Virus record (IMG/VR): IMGVR_UViG_3300042549_004104
Location: 263,353 to 327,352 of that record
Origin: a virus
Taxonomy: Duplodnaviria > Heunggongvirae > Uroviricota > Caudoviricetes
DNA length: 64,000 bases
Reading direction: 5' to 3' (one strand)
Part shown: in pieces, positions 37,185 through 46,911 of the stretch
How positions within the stretch are numbered: position 1 is the stretch's first letter
Layout of the letters: each line of letters begins with the position of its first letter
Translations under genes and position numbers: made by a program
Notes under the pieces: generated by a model
Seen by the model: the letters and a program-made list of their open reading frames with translations, nothing else
What the model was told of the DNA's origin: nothing
Databases searched by the model: none

Positions 37185-38387
37185 ATGTCCGAAGAAAATA
37201 AACCAATAAATTATTGTAGCTTTTGCAACAACCACAAAGATGCTGTTAAAAAACTAGTAGTCGGTGGTTCTGTTGCTATATGTAGTGATTGCGTTGAATT
37301 ATGCCAAGAACTCATAACTGATGGAGTTGTTGAACCTACAACAAAAGAATCCAATCCAGATTACGATCCAGAGTCCATAAAAGAATACCTAGATCAACAT
37401 GTCATTGGACAAGATGATGCTAAAAAGGTTCTCAGCGTAGCCATTGCTAATCACTATAAACGGATAAATAATCCTCCTAAAGATTTAGAAATACAAAAAG
37501 GCAATGTACTTATTGTAGGTCCGACAGGTAGTGGCAAAACCTTACTTGCAAAGACTGCGGCTAAATATCTTAAAGTGCCCTTCGTTGTAGCTGATGCAAC
37601 TAGTTTAACCGAAGCAGGTTATGTAGGTGATGATGTTGAATCAATGATTAACATGTTGCTCAATGCGGCTAACGGTGATAAAGACTTAGCCGAGCGTGGT
37701 ATCGTATTTGTTGATGAAATTGACAAAATTGCCCGAAAGAGTGAGAGTGTTAGTATAACACGTGATGTATCAGGTGAGGGAGTACAACAAGCATTACTCA
37801 AATTAGTTGAAGGTACAGTATGTCGCATAGCAGGAAGCGGTGGCAGAAAACATCCTGGTGCCGACATGCTTGAAATAAACACAAAAAACATATTATTCAT
37901 TGCAGGCGGGGCTTTTGTTGGATTGAAGGAAGTAATAGGAAATAGATTAAATGGAACAAGTATCGGGTTTCAAGCGGCTATCAAAGATAATAAAAAAGAG
38001 GGTGAACTAAGCAAAGTTACCCCTGATGATTTAACAAAGTACGGAATGATTCCAGAATTCATAGGTAGATTTACTACTACAGTTAGTATTGATGAATTAG
38101 ATAAAGAACAGTTGATTCATATCTTAACCGATGTTAAAAATAATTATATCAGCCAATACAAATATTTGCTTAAATTAGATAATATCGAACTTACATTTAC
38201 CCAAGATGCATTGGAACAAATGGCAGAAAATTCATTAACTCTGAAAACAGGGGCTCGTGGATTGCATACAGAAATTGAGCGAGTATTAATGCCGCATATG
38301 TTCCTCACCAAATCATACCGTCAAAATAACATAAAATTGCTAAATATTAACAAGGAGCAGATTTTAAATCCAAAATCTTTGTTATGA
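37185..38387 (+). CDS. clpX: ClpX AAA+ unfoldase
   Basis: N-terminal C4 zinc-binding domain (CSFCNN...CSDCVELC). Walker A GPTGSGKT. GYVG pore-1 loop. Walker B IVFVDEIDKI. IGF ClpP-docking loop (SIGFQAA). Confidence 0.93.
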   Translation: MSEENKPINYCSFCNNHKDAVKKLVVGGSVAICSDCVELCQELITDGVVEPTTKESNPDYDPESIKEYLDQHVIGQDDAKKVLSVAIANHYKRINNPPKDLEIQKGNVLIVGPTGSGKTLLAKTAAKYLKVPFVVADATSLTEAGYVGDDVESMINMLLNAANGDKDLAERGIVFVDEIDKIARKSESVSITRDVSGEGVQQALLKLVEGTVCRIAGSGGRKHPGADMLEINTKNILFIAGGAFVGLKEVIGNRLNGTSIGFQAAIKDNKKEGELSKVTPDDLTKYGMIPEFIGRFTTTVSIDELDKEQLIHILTDVKNNYISQYKYLLKLDNIELTFTQDALEQMAENSLTLKTGARGLHTEIERVLMPHMFLTKSYRQNNIKLLNINKEQILNPKSLL

Positions 38388-38596
38388 GTAAGAAAATTCC
38401 AGTATTTGACAACAATGTAGAGAAAGCATTACGTAAACTTAAAAAAAAGTTAACCGAATCCGGTTTACTACAAGAGGTCAGAGAACGTCAGGAATTTGTC
38501 AAACCAACCATAAAAAAGAAGATTGCCAAAAGTCAAGCAAAAAGACGTTGGAAGAAACACTTGCGTGACCAACAATTGCCCCCTAAAATGTACTAA
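38384..38596 (+). CDS. rpsU: ribosomal protein bS21
   Basis: 70 aa, basic. FDNNVEKALRKLKKKLTESGLLQEVRERQEFVKPTIKKKIAKSQAKRRW aligns with E. coli S21 ([44 protein letters not shown]). ATGA-coupled to clpX. Confidence 0.85.
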   Translation: MSKKIPVFDNNVEKALRKLKKKLTESGLLQEVRERQEFVKPTIKKKIAKSQAKRRWKKHLRDQQLPPKMY

Positions 38597-38703
38597 CCCA
38601 ATTATATACAAATATTTTACGTAATCATATAAAATAGATATATACATGTAGATGCTGTAAAGGTCTACAGTTTTAAAAATCTTGCTTAACAAAGGAGAAC
38701 ATT

Positions 38704-40593
38704 ATGAGCAAAGTCATCGGTATCGATTTGGGTACCACAAATTCATGCGTAGCCGTTATTGAGAACGGAATCCCCAAAGTAATTGAAAACAGTGAAGGTG
38801 CTAGAACAACACCAAGTATTGTCGCCTATACAGACGAAATTCTTGTTGGTGCTAGTGCTAAACGTCAAGCAGTTACTAATCCAAAAAACACAATTTATGC
38901 AGCCAAGCGTTTGATCGGTCGTAAATTTACCGAAGAAGCTGTACAAAAAGATATCAACTTGATGCCTTACAAAATTGTTGCTAATGACAACGGTGATGCA
39001 TGGGTTCAAGTAAATGAAGATAAACTAGCACCTCCACAAATCAGTGCAGAAGTCTTACGCAAAATGAAAAAGACTGCGGAAGATTATCTCGGTGAAGAAG
39101 TTACACAAGCAGTTATTACTGTTCCCGCATATTTCAATGATAGTCAAAGACAAGCAACCAAAGACGCAGGACGTATTGCCGGTCTAGAAGTATTGCGTAT
39201 CATTAACGAACCTACAGCAGCCGCATTGGCGTATGGTGTAGATAAACAAGACAAGCGTGACCGTAAAGTTGCAGTGTACGACTTAGGTGGTGGTACATTT
39301 GATGTATCTATCATTGAATTGGCAGATGTTGATGGTGACAAACAAATTGAAGTATTGTCCACAAACGGAGACACATTCTTAGGTGGTGAAGACTTTGACC
39401 AACGAATCATGGATTTCTTGGTTGACGAATTCAAAAAGGATCAAGGCGTTGATTTGACTAAAGATGTGTTAGCATTGCAACGACTTAAAGAAGCCGCAGA
39501 AAAGGCTAAGATTGAGTTGAGTAGTTCAGTACAAACAGATGTTAACTTACCGTACATCACCGCAGATGCAAATGGCCCTAAACATTTGAACGTTAAGTTG
39601 ACACGTAGCAAACTAGAACAACTAGTTGAAGAACTTATCAAACGTAGTATCGAGCCTTGCAAGACAGCAATGAAAGATGCCGGTGTAAGTGCTAGTGACA
39701 TTGACGAAATTATCTTAGTTGGCGGCATGACACGTATGCCTAAGGTACAAGAAGAAGTTGAAAAACTATTCGGCAAAGCACCACGCAAAGATGTTAACCC
39801 TGATGAAGCAGTAGCAGTTGGTGCCGCAGTTCAAGGCGCAGTACTAAGTGGTGAGCGCAAAGACGTATTGTTGCTTGACGTTACTCCATTGAGTTTGGGT
39901 ATTGAAACAATGGGCGGTGTAATGAGCAAATTGATTGCTAAGAACACAACAATTCCAACTAAACAAAGTCAAACATTCAGTACAGCCGAAGATAATCAAC
40001 AAGCAGTTACAATCAAAGTGTTCCAAGGTGAGCGTGAGATTGCAAAATACAATAAAGGTCTAGGTGAATTTAACTTAGATGGTATTGCACCAGCACCCCG
40101 CGGAGTACCTCAGATTGAAGTTACTTTTGATATTGACGCAAATGGTATCATGCATATCAGTGCTAAAGACAAAGGTACGGGCAAAGAAAACAAAATCACT
40201 ATTAAGAGTAATAGTGGTTTGAGCGAAAGTGAAATTCAGCAAATGGTTAAAGATGCTGAGGACAATGCAGAAACAGACAAGAAAGCACGTGAATTGATTG
40301 AAGCACGTAATGGAGCAGAATCAACATTGAATGGCTTCCGTAATGACTTTGAAAAGTACAAAGACCAAGTTACAGAAGAAGAACGTACTAAAGCAGAAGA
40401 AGCATTAAAAGCAGTTGAATATGCGATTCTAGGTGATGACGCAACAGTTATCCAAGAATCTATTCCTAAACTATATGAAGCAATTGGTCCTATCACTAAG
40501 GTTAAACACGATGCTGAAGAAGCAGAGAAGAAACAATCACAAGAAGCAGATGTGGTTGATGCAGAAGTTAAAGAGTCCGCAGAGACTGTTTAA
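38704..40593 (+). CDS. dnaK: DnaK (Hsp70) chaperone
   Basis: [22 protein letters not shown] and [11 protein letters not shown] signatures. Full-length 629 aa with the C-terminal substrate-binding domain. Confidence 0.97.
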   Translation: MSKVIGIDLGTTNSCVAVIENGIPKVIENSEGARTTPSIVAYTDEILVGASAKRQAVTNPKNTIYAAKRLIGRKFTEEAVQKDINLMPYKIVANDNGDAWVQVNEDKLAPPQISAEVLRKMKKTAEDYLGEEVTQAVITVPAYFNDSQRQATKDAGRIAGLEVLRIINEPTAAALAYGVDKQDKRDRKVAVYDLGGGTFDVSIIELADVDGDKQIEVLSTNGDTFLGGEDFDQRIMDFLVDEFKKDQGVDLTKDVLALQRLKEAAEKAKIELSSSVQTDVNLPYITADANGPKHLNVKLTRSKLEQLVEELIKRSIEPCKTAMKDAGVSASDIDEIILVGGMTRMPKVQEEVEKLFGKAPRKDVNPDEAVAVGAAVQGAVLSGERKDVLLLDVTPLSLGIETMGGVMSKLIAKNTTIPTKQSQTFSTAEDNQQAVTIKVFQGEREIAKYNKGLGEFNLDGIAPAPRGVPQIEVTFDIDANGIMHISAKDKGTGKENKITIKSNSGLSESEIQQMVKDAEDNAETDKKARELIEARNGAESTLNGFRNDFEKYKDQVTEEERTKAEEALKAVEYAILGDDATVIQESIPKLYEAIGPITKVKHDAEEAEKKQSQEADVVDAEVKESAETV

Positions 40594-40662
40594 CTAAATT
40601 AGTCGGGTGCCATATAGGATGGACCCGACATGTCATAACTTGCTTAATAAAGGAGAAACAAA

Positions 40663-41106
40663 ATGACAAGAGAATTAACGTTACGTTCAATAGATATTCC
40701 ATCTATCCATAGATTCGGAATAGGATTTGATTCAATGCTTGATGAACTACTGAGAACAACAAGTCAACCACAAGGTAACTATCCACCGCACAATGTAATT
40801 AAGACAGGAGATGAAACTGTATTAATTGAGGTTGCAATTGCAGGATTTGATGAAGGTGAAATTTCTATCACAGTAGAAAACAATACATTATTGATTTCCG
40901 GTCAACAAAATAAAAATGATCCAATCAATTATGAATATCTACATCGTGGATTGAGTAGCAGAAACTTTATCCAAAAGTTCAAATTGGCTGAACATGTTGA
41001 AGTTATTGACGCATCTATTAAAAACGGAGTTCTTTCTGTCTTACTAGAGCGTAAAATGCCAGAAGATAAGAAACCCAAGAACATTGCAATAAACTACAAT
41101 AAATAA
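40663..41106 (+). CDS. ibpA: small heat-shock protein IbpA/Hsp20 (alpha-crystallin domain)
   Basis: Collinear with E. coli IbpA: GNYPPHNV, AIAGFDEGEISI, NFIQKFKLAEHV, KKPKNIAIN. Confidence 0.92.
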   Translation: MTRELTLRSIDIPSIHRFGIGFDSMLDELLRTTSQPQGNYPPHNVIKTGDETVLIEVAIAGFDEGEISITVENNTLLISGQQNKNDPINYEYLHRGLSSRNFIQKFKLAEHVEVIDASIKNGVLSVLLERKMPEDKKPKNIAINYNK

Positions 41107-41168
41107 TATAATAGCATATCGTAAATAAAAGTGTGCGGGAAACTGCACACTTTCAATGAAAGCACAAC

Positions 41169-41477
41169 ATGGCACAAACTGAAACAAGAATTAGAATTAG
41201 ACCCAATTTGAAAGTACCTGAACCCCCAATGTTCAAGGTAATTTATATGAACGATAATCACACTTCAATAGAGTTTGTCGTTAAAAGTTTGATTGACCAT
41301 TTTAATTATACAGAGGATACTGCATCATCTATTACTACAGGAATTCATGAATCCGGTAGTGCAGTTGTTGCTGTGTTGCCCTTTGAAATTGCAGAACAAA
41401 AGGGAATTGAAGTTACACTTGATGCCAGAAACCAAGGGTATCCACTTCAAGTTAAAATAGAAGCCGACGCAACTTAA
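41169..41477 (+). CDS. clpS: ClpS N-degron adaptor protein
   Basis: EPPMFKVIYMNDNHTSIEFVVKSL aligns with E. coli ClpS [24 protein letters not shown]. About 100 aa. Confidence 0.85.
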   Translation: MAQTETRIRIRPNLKVPEPPMFKVIYMNDNHTSIEFVVKSLIDHFNYTEDTASSITTGIHESGSAVVAVLPFEIAEQKGIEVTLDARNQGYPLQVKIEADAT

Positions 41478-42169
41478 AGATTTATTTCAATGCGTTTTGC
41501 AAAGTATGGTTCAACATCATACTTTGCGTTATTCACATAGTTGATGTTATTAATTTTAGTGTCAACAAACTTATCATAAGTTCCATATATCCACTTAGTT
41601 ACTTTGTGTTCTGTGTCTTTGTATAGAACATATCCGGGGAAGATATCCTCATCATTCACATCGTTCTCACCGAAGTACAATTCTCTGAGTGGAACGCAAC
41701 TACTGATAATGACTACCTTTTTAACGTCAACATGTAGTTGTAATTTTTCAAGTGTTTTCTCAAGGTATGCAATATCGTCATATCTAAAACATTTTAAATG
41801 AAAATCATCTAGGATGCTGTTTTCTATCTTTTTATTGCTCCAACCGTTTAAACCTAATAATGCGATTCCGTCAACTACAACTACGTTATTGTGTAAGTAA
41901 ATGACGTTTCTAAAACTACTACACAGTTTAGCTATTTCATTGGATCTAGTATCTCTATCAACGATACCTTGATTTTCTAATGTTCCGTCAATAAAAAACA
42001 CCCCGTGATATAAACCACTGAGGTGTTTCAAAGTTTTATGTAAAACAGTTATATCGGTTGTGATGTTTCCAGCAACTATACAGAATAAACTAGTAGGTTT
42101 ACCCTCCCAATTGAATTCATCGTTTGGGGTTAAATTTAAGTCACTGATAACATCAAAACCATATATCAT
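41474..42169 (-). CDS. hypothetical protein; possibly a degenerate calcineurin-like phosphoesterase
   Basis: Minus-strand ORF. Motif-like blocks ISDLNL, AGNITTD and IDGTLENQ resemble metallophosphoesterase (MPE) motifs I-III, but the key His residues are replaced. Confidence 0.5.
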   Translation of the reverse strand: MIYGFDVISDLNLTPNDEFNWEGKPTSLFCIVAGNITTDITVLHKTLKHLSGLYHGVFFIDGTLENQGIVDRDTRSNEIAKLCSSFRNVIYLHNNVVVVDGIALLGLNGWSNKKIENSILDDFHLKCFRYDDIAYLEKTLEKLQLHVDVKKVVIISSCVPLRELYFGENDVNDEDIFPGYVLYKDTEHKVTKWIYGTYDKFVDTKINNINYVNNAKYDVEPYFAKRIEINL

Positions 42170-42468
42170 GACGCTTTTGGTTTAGCTTTAGTGACTTTAG
42201 CTTTTACAGCCTTAGCCCCATCAACTGCATCTTTCAAATTAACCTTGCCATCTTGATTAACATCCAGTGCTTTTTTGGCACGGGCAGTAGTCTTTTTAGC
42301 AACTTCTTTGACTGCGGTTACTTCGGCCTTAACTTCAGCAATAACCTCTTTAGCAACTTCCTCAACCTTAGCAACTTCTTGTTGCACAGCTGGGTTTTTG
42401 CTTCCGTATTGATTGTATAACACATAACCAATCACTATAATAATAGCAATAATGATAATAACTTCCAT
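42166..42468 (-). CDS. membrane-anchored Lys/Ala-rich helical protein
   Basis: N-terminal TM (VIIIIAIIIVIGYVLY) followed by EVAKEV-type repeats and a KAKVTKAKPK tail. Confidence 0.5.
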   Translation of the reverse strand: MEVIIIIAIIIVIGYVLYNQYGSKNPAVQQEVAKVEEVAKEVIAEVKAEVTAVKEVAKKTTARAKKALDVNQDGKVNLKDAVDGAKAVKAKVTKAKPKAS

Positions 42469-42536
42469 AGTAAATCTCCTTCAATTAATATTTATGATCC
42501 GTAGTCCCAAAGAAGATTTTTTTCATAAATACATAT

Positions 42537-43028
42537 ATGAACCTATCTAATTATTCACTCATAGATATGATGGATCTTCCCTTGCCCCCGATCCATGTTC
42601 AGAAAAAATTAGCATATAGGCCAACTGCAAAAGACGTAAAACATGTTTATAAACAACTAAACGAGTACGTATTCGAAAATCAATTAGTAATACCGTCAAT
42701 ACACCTAGTACCTAGATGTAGAAAATACTGGGGTATGTGTATGGGTGAAATAGAAATTTATAAGACCGGAAGCTATTGTGAGATTAAACTTATGGATAAA
42801 TGGTTTTGCCCTCAATGGTTTGTGACCACATTAGCGCATGAAATGGTTCACCAATATCAATGGGACATATTAGGCCCCGAACGTGAAAAGAACGGAAAAG
42901 ATTGGTTAATGAGTCACGGACCATCTTTCTTTCGATTTCGTGAAAATTTAGAACAGTATGGAATAAGTCTCAAAACTGCACATAGTCAAAGACGCTGGTT
43001 TAAACATCAAAATCTGTTCAGGGCATAA
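42537..43028 (+). CDS. HExxH zinc metallopeptidase-like protein (SprT-like)
   Basis: HEMVHQYQWD motif with size and placement typical of SprT/WLM-like proteins. Confidence 0.45.
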   Translation: MNLSNYSLIDMMDLPLPPIHVQKKLAYRPTAKDVKHVYKQLNEYVFENQLVIPSIHLVPRCRKYWGMCMGEIEIYKTGSYCEIKLMDKWFCPQWFVTTLAHEMVHQYQWDILGPEREKNGKDWLMSHGPSFFRFRENLEQYGISLKTAHSQRRWFKHQNLFRA

Positions 43029-43037
43029 ATACGTATT

Positions 43038-44567
43038 ATGCGTGATTTAATAGACTTAATAAAACTACTCGAAGGTGACGGTGCTACTGAAGGAACAGAC
43101 GGCGTAAAGGCTAAAGGTTTGTATCCCGATGAATTAAAAAAGCGTGACAACTTTAACATCTTTATAGGTAAAATAAATAAAGGCCTTCCTTTTATATACC
43201 ACCCAACAGGTGAAGAGGTTTATATCAAACGTAGCGAAGCAAATAAAATAAAGCAACTGTTTGATACTGGACAGTTGATTGGTAAAAAAATTACCATTAT
43301 GACTAATGATGGCAATCAAATTAACTTAGGTGAATTAAGAAAGACTGAGGAGTTTGGCGGAAGCTCTAAGGAAAACTTAAAATTAAAACCATCAACAATA
43401 GGCATAACTGATAGAGACATTGCTGCCACTGACTTGTATAATGAGATAAAAAATAACAGTGTATTAAACAGCACTGACTATGGAAAAATTGTAATTCAAT
43501 TAGCAGAATACATTGTTGCAGGTGAGTATGTTCAATTACCACCTGAAATGTTGGAAAAAGATAAAGAATCAGAACGTAAGGCTATTGTTGATTATGCAGG
43601 TGAATATTTGGGTGTATTAGCATTATTATATCAACGTACAAGATTCCCAAGAAAGCAACAATTTACGCAATGGTTAGGTGGTGATTTGGGTGATTTAATT
43701 TTAAATTTCCCTAGTAAAGCAAATAACAATATTGCAGATAGTTATGCTACGATTACTAACCCTAACACAAGTCATAGTTTAAACATTTCTAGTAAAGGTA
43801 CTGGAGGTGGGGCAGCACCGGCTGTTAGTGGATTGAAATTAAGTGATGATGTTAAGCGTAATGCTAAACTTAAAGATGCAGTAAAACTTATTGAACTATG
43901 TCAAGTAAAATCAACATCCGGGCCAAGTACTATCATCCAAGCATTTAAAGTAGCAGACTTAGTTTACATGAATAAGCCTGATAGCTTTCCAAAAGAATTT
44001 CAAAAGATAATGCCAACATCATCTAAAGCTCCTAAATTGATAGACCAATGTATTGAAAGCATTAATAGTGGAATGATGTTACCCAAATTATATCAACCAC
44101 TTATCAATGATATCGCTAGTGAAAAAGCTACTGACGGCGGTAAAATGGTTTATAAGTTGAAAAAAATTGTTGCCCATGCAATTAACGAAGGTGGTGCAAT
44201 ACCTGAATTTAGAGATACTATTCTTCAAGTATTAGAAATGAATTTCATACAACAATACACTGATTATAATCCAAACGGTGAATTGACATTTGCCACACAA
44301 TGGCCATCTAAACTAGACGGTGTAGTTACTTTAGAAAATAAATCTAGTGCTGTTGAGCCAAGTAGTGCTGGTTTTAGTTTTAAACTAGGTAGAAACGCTA
44401 GTGACTACGCTGATCCAGGACCAGACGGAGAAGTTGGTGCACCAACAATATCAGCTAACGATGATGTTGAGCAACAGGCACAAGATATCGTTGAACCAAG
44501 AGTCATCAAAAAACAAAACAATGATGAGATTGGTGTAGGTCGTGAAAAGAGACCAAAAAGTAGATAA
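43038..44567 (+). CDS. hypothetical protein (509 aa)
   Basis: Long ORF between the SprT-like gene and clpP. Confidence 0.5.
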   Translation: MRDLIDLIKLLEGDGATEGTDGVKAKGLYPDELKKRDNFNIFIGKINKGLPFIYHPTGEEVYIKRSEANKIKQLFDTGQLIGKKITIMTNDGNQINLGELRKTEEFGGSSKENLKLKPSTIGITDRDIAATDLYNEIKNNSVLNSTDYGKIVIQLAEYIVAGEYVQLPPEMLEKDKESERKAIVDYAGEYLGVLALLYQRTRFPRKQQFTQWLGGDLGDLILNFPSKANNNIADSYATITNPNTSHSLNISSKGTGGGAAPAVSGLKLSDDVKRNAKLKDAVKLIELCQVKSTSGPSTIIQAFKVADLVYMNKPDSFPKEFQKIMPTSSKAPKLIDQCIESINSGMMLPKLYQPLINDIASEKATDGGKMVYKLKKIVAHAINEGGAIPEFRDTILQVLEMNFIQQYTDYNPNGELTFATQWPSKLDGVVTLENKSSAVEPSSAGFSFKLGRNASDYADPGPDGEVGAPTISANDDVEQQAQDIVEPRVIKKQNNDEIGVGREKRPKSR

Positions 44568-44572
44568 CCATA

Positions 44573-44620
44573 ATGCTTGACCTAATAAGAAATTACATAT
44601 ATAATGTAGTTTTATAATAA
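44573..44620 (+). promoter_or_regulatory. candidate sigma70-like promoter upstream of clpP (cTTGACCtaataagaaattacataTATAAT)
   Basis: Read from the sequence; -35 TTGACC, 17-nt spacer, TATAAT. Confidence 0.5.
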
Positions 44621-44632
44621 GGAAAGTATAGT

Positions 44633-45220
44633 ATGAGTTTAGTCCCAATCGTTATCGAACAAACAAGCAAAGGTGAGCGTAGTTATGATATCTACAGCCG
44701 CTTATTGCGTGACCGTGTAATTTTGCTTGAGGGCGAAGTACATGACCAAATGGCAAATCTTATCGTTGCCCAATTACTATTTTTAGAATCAGAAGGTGAT
44801 AAAGATATTTCAATGTATATCAATAGTCCTGGTGGTAGTGTAACTGCTGGCATGGCAATCTATGATGCAATGCAATTTGTCAAACCAGAGATTCACACAA
44901 TCGTTATGGGTCAAGCATGTAGTATGGGTAGTTTGCTTGCACAAGCAGGCTCATCTGGCAAACGTTTTATGTTGCCAAATGCACGGCACATGATTCATCA
45001 GCCTTCAGGTGGCGCACGTGGACAAGCAACTGATATGCTGATTCAGGTCAATGAAATTCTTGAAATGAAAAAGAACCTCACAGAAATCTATGTTAAGCAT
45101 AATTCAAAAGGTAAAACTTTTGACGTACTTCATGCTGATATGGAACGAGATAATTTTATGAGTAGCCAACAAGCACTTGATTATGGTCTTGTAGACGAAA
45201 TAGTTACAAAACGCGGTTGA
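44633..45220 (+). CDS. clpP: ClpP serine protease
   Basis: Nearly collinear with E. coli ClpP: [48 protein letters not shown] (catalytic Ser), HQP (His). Confidence 0.96.
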   Translation: MSLVPIVIEQTSKGERSYDIYSRLLRDRVILLEGEVHDQMANLIVAQLLFLESEGDKDISMYINSPGGSVTAGMAIYDAMQFVKPEIHTIVMGQACSMGSLLAQAGSSGKRFMLPNARHMIHQPSGGARGQATDMLIQVNEILEMKKNLTEIYVKHNSKGKTFDVLHADMERDNFMSSQQALDYGLVDEIVTKRG

Positions 45221-45245
45221 CAATAAATCACTTTGGGTATACAAT
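45217..45245 (+). promoter_or_regulatory. early-type sigma70 promoter, cassette copy 5 (TTGACAATAAATCACTTTGGGTATACAAT), leader class C
   Basis: The -35 box overlaps the clpP TGA stop. Confidence 0.7.
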
Positions 45246-45274
45246 AGAGGCTTCTGTAGTGAAAAGGAGTTTTT

Positions 45275-45475
45275 ATGTCTTACGTTGTTTTCAAGCACAA
45301 TAAAGAGTACGGTCCTCGCAAGGGTCTCGAGGGTCCGTTTCACTATCCCAATGGTCAGGTTCTGTATTACGATCCTAAAGAAGGTGAGTACTACGATCCT
45401 CGTACCGACTTCTACGTTGACCGTGACGAGGTCGCCCTTCTGCAAAATTCAATTTTTGAAGTACTCAAAAAGTAG
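45275..45475 (+). CDS. small early-cassette protein
   Basis: AAGGAG SD; 66 aa. Confidence 0.5.
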   Translation: MSYVVFKHNKEYGPRKGLEGPFHYPNGQVLYYDPKEGEYYDPRTDFYVDRDEVALLQNSIFEVLKK

Positions 45476-45498
45476 TACTTTTATCTTATACCCAAAGG

Positions 45499-45527
45499 TT
45501 GACAATAAATCACTTTGGGTATATAAT
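45499..45527 (+). promoter_or_regulatory. early-type sigma70 promoter, cassette copy 6, leader class A
   Basis: gTTGACAataaatcactttgggtaTATAATacttgtattgattgattaaaggagct. Confidence 0.75.
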
Positions 45528-45558
45528 ACTTGTATTGATTGATTAAAGGAGCTTACAG

Positions 45559-45831
45559 ATGCGTACAAAAACAGTGATTGAAGGTTTCAAGAATTCACAA
45601 AAATTTCGTGTGATTTTCAAAGGTGATGGATCCGAAAACGAAATCGGTTTGTACATGACAATCAGCCAAATGACTGAAATGTTTGCTACCACTCTTGCAC
45701 GTACACTGGTTTGGGAAGCATTGATTCAGTTGTCTTACGAGCGTAGAATGGCTGAGGCAACTCGCAACCCTGTCCCAACAGGTCTCGGTACTACAATTCG
45801 CAACAAGCAAATTCAATTAGATTTGGTTTAA
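45559..45831 (+). CDS. small early-cassette protein
   Basis: Driven by promoter copy 6. Confidence 0.5.
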   Translation: MRTKTVIEGFKNSQKFRVIFKGDGSENEIGLYMTISQMTEMFATTLARTLVWEALIQLSYERRMAEATRNPVPTGLGTTIRNKQIQLDLV

Positions 45832-45840
45832 GGAGTTAAC

Positions 45841-46008
45841 ATGAAATTAGAAACCGCTCTCAACGTGATTAACAAGGAAGCTAAGTTTTTGGGCTTGACC
45901 TCTTTTGCAATGATGCAATTTATTGCAAAGAATCCCTTGGCACAACCAAAAAAGACATTAGAAGCCTTTAAGGTTGTGAAAGATAGTACTACCAATACAT
46001 TTGCGTAA
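45841..46008 (+). CDS. small protein (55 aa)
   Basis: AGGAG SD 6 nt upstream. Below the ORF-track size cut-off. Confidence 0.4.
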   Translation: MKLETALNVINKEAKFLGLTSFAMMQFIAKNPLAQPKKTLEAFKVVKDSTTNTFA

Positions 46009-46019
46009 CAGGAAACAAA

Positions 46020-46391
46020 ATGAAAAAAATATTTGGTATTATGATATTGATTGGTTGTATTTCTGCCCGGGCAGAGGTAGAATTCATTACAGTAGCACAG
46101 GATCCATCTGTTTCAATTACGGTTGTAAGTGCTGACGGGATACGACCTTATCTTATTGAAACCGGAACACCCAATATCAAAAGAGTTATTAAAACATTCA
46201 GGTTTACTAAATTTTTAAAGGATCAAATAGTCATTAGTCATACTGAATACGCATGTGCTGAGGGTTTAGAACGTTCATTATGGGCACGTGATGGTAGCAC
46301 TAATGAATTATTATCTGCTATACAACCATGGACTAAGGTTAGTGGTAAAGCCTCATTAAAAATTTATGATATGGTTTGTATTAAAGGTTGA
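46020..46391 (+). CDS. secreted protein (signal peptide)
   Basis: MKKIFGIMILIGCISARA signal peptide. Confidence 0.5.
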   Translation: MKKIFGIMILIGCISARAEVEFITVAQDPSVSITVVSADGIRPYLIETGTPNIKRVIKTFRFTKFLKDQIVISHTEYACAEGLERSLWARDGSTNELLSAIQPWTKVSGKASLKIYDMVCIKG

Positions 46392-46416
46392 CAATAAATC
46401 ACTTTGGGTATATAAT
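46388..46416 (+). promoter_or_regulatory. early-type sigma70 promoter, cassette copy 7, leader class B
   Basis: gTTGACAataaatcactttgggtaTATAATagaatcttaaacagtaaacaacaggag. The -35 box overlaps the upstream TGA. Confidence 0.75.
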
Positions 46417-46444
46417 AGAATCTTAAACAGTAAACAACAGGAGT

Positions 46445-46909
46445 TTGCAAATGGGAACACGTTCACTTATCGCAGTTGTTCATGGCAATAACTACAAAAC
46501 TGTTTATTGTCATTGGGATGGTTATCTGTCACACAATGGTCGTATTTTGCAAGAACACTATGATTCACCTAAAGCAAACAACCTTATTGCACTAGGTAAT
46601 ATTTCTAGTTTGCAACGCAACATTGGCGAAAAGCATCCCTTCAGTCAATTTGACACTGACATATCTGCAAAAGAATTTGAAGAAAAGTATTGCAACATGA
46701 CTACATTCTATGGTCGTGACCGTGATGAAACAGGTCAAGAGTTTATCACGCACACTAGCAAAGAATCATTGATTGAACAATTCAACGATAGTTGGTGTGA
46801 GTTTGCATATATCATGCAAGACGGTGTTTGGTATGTTATGTTTCAAGGTGACAGTGAATTCTATTTGTTGTCAGAAGAATTGGTCAAAGATAAAGAAACA
46901 CAGGAGTAA
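46445..46909 (+). CDS. hypothetical protein (154 aa)
   Basis: Driven by promoter copy 7. Confidence 0.55.
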   Translation: MQMGTRSLIAVVHGNNYKTVYCHWDGYLSHNGRILQEHYDSPKANNLIALGNISSLQRNIGEKHPFSQFDTDISAKEFEEKYCNMTTFYGRDRDETGQEFITHTSKESLIEQFNDSWCEFAYIMQDGVWYVMFQGDSEFYLLSEELVKDKETQE

Positions 46910-46911
46910 AT

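Noticed and set aside
41474-42169. Third active metallophosphoesterase on the minus strand
   Set aside because: The motif positions are recognisable, but the metal-ligand His and Asp residues are replaced (ISDLNL, GTLENQ). It is probably degenerate or a different fold, so it was kept as hypothetical.
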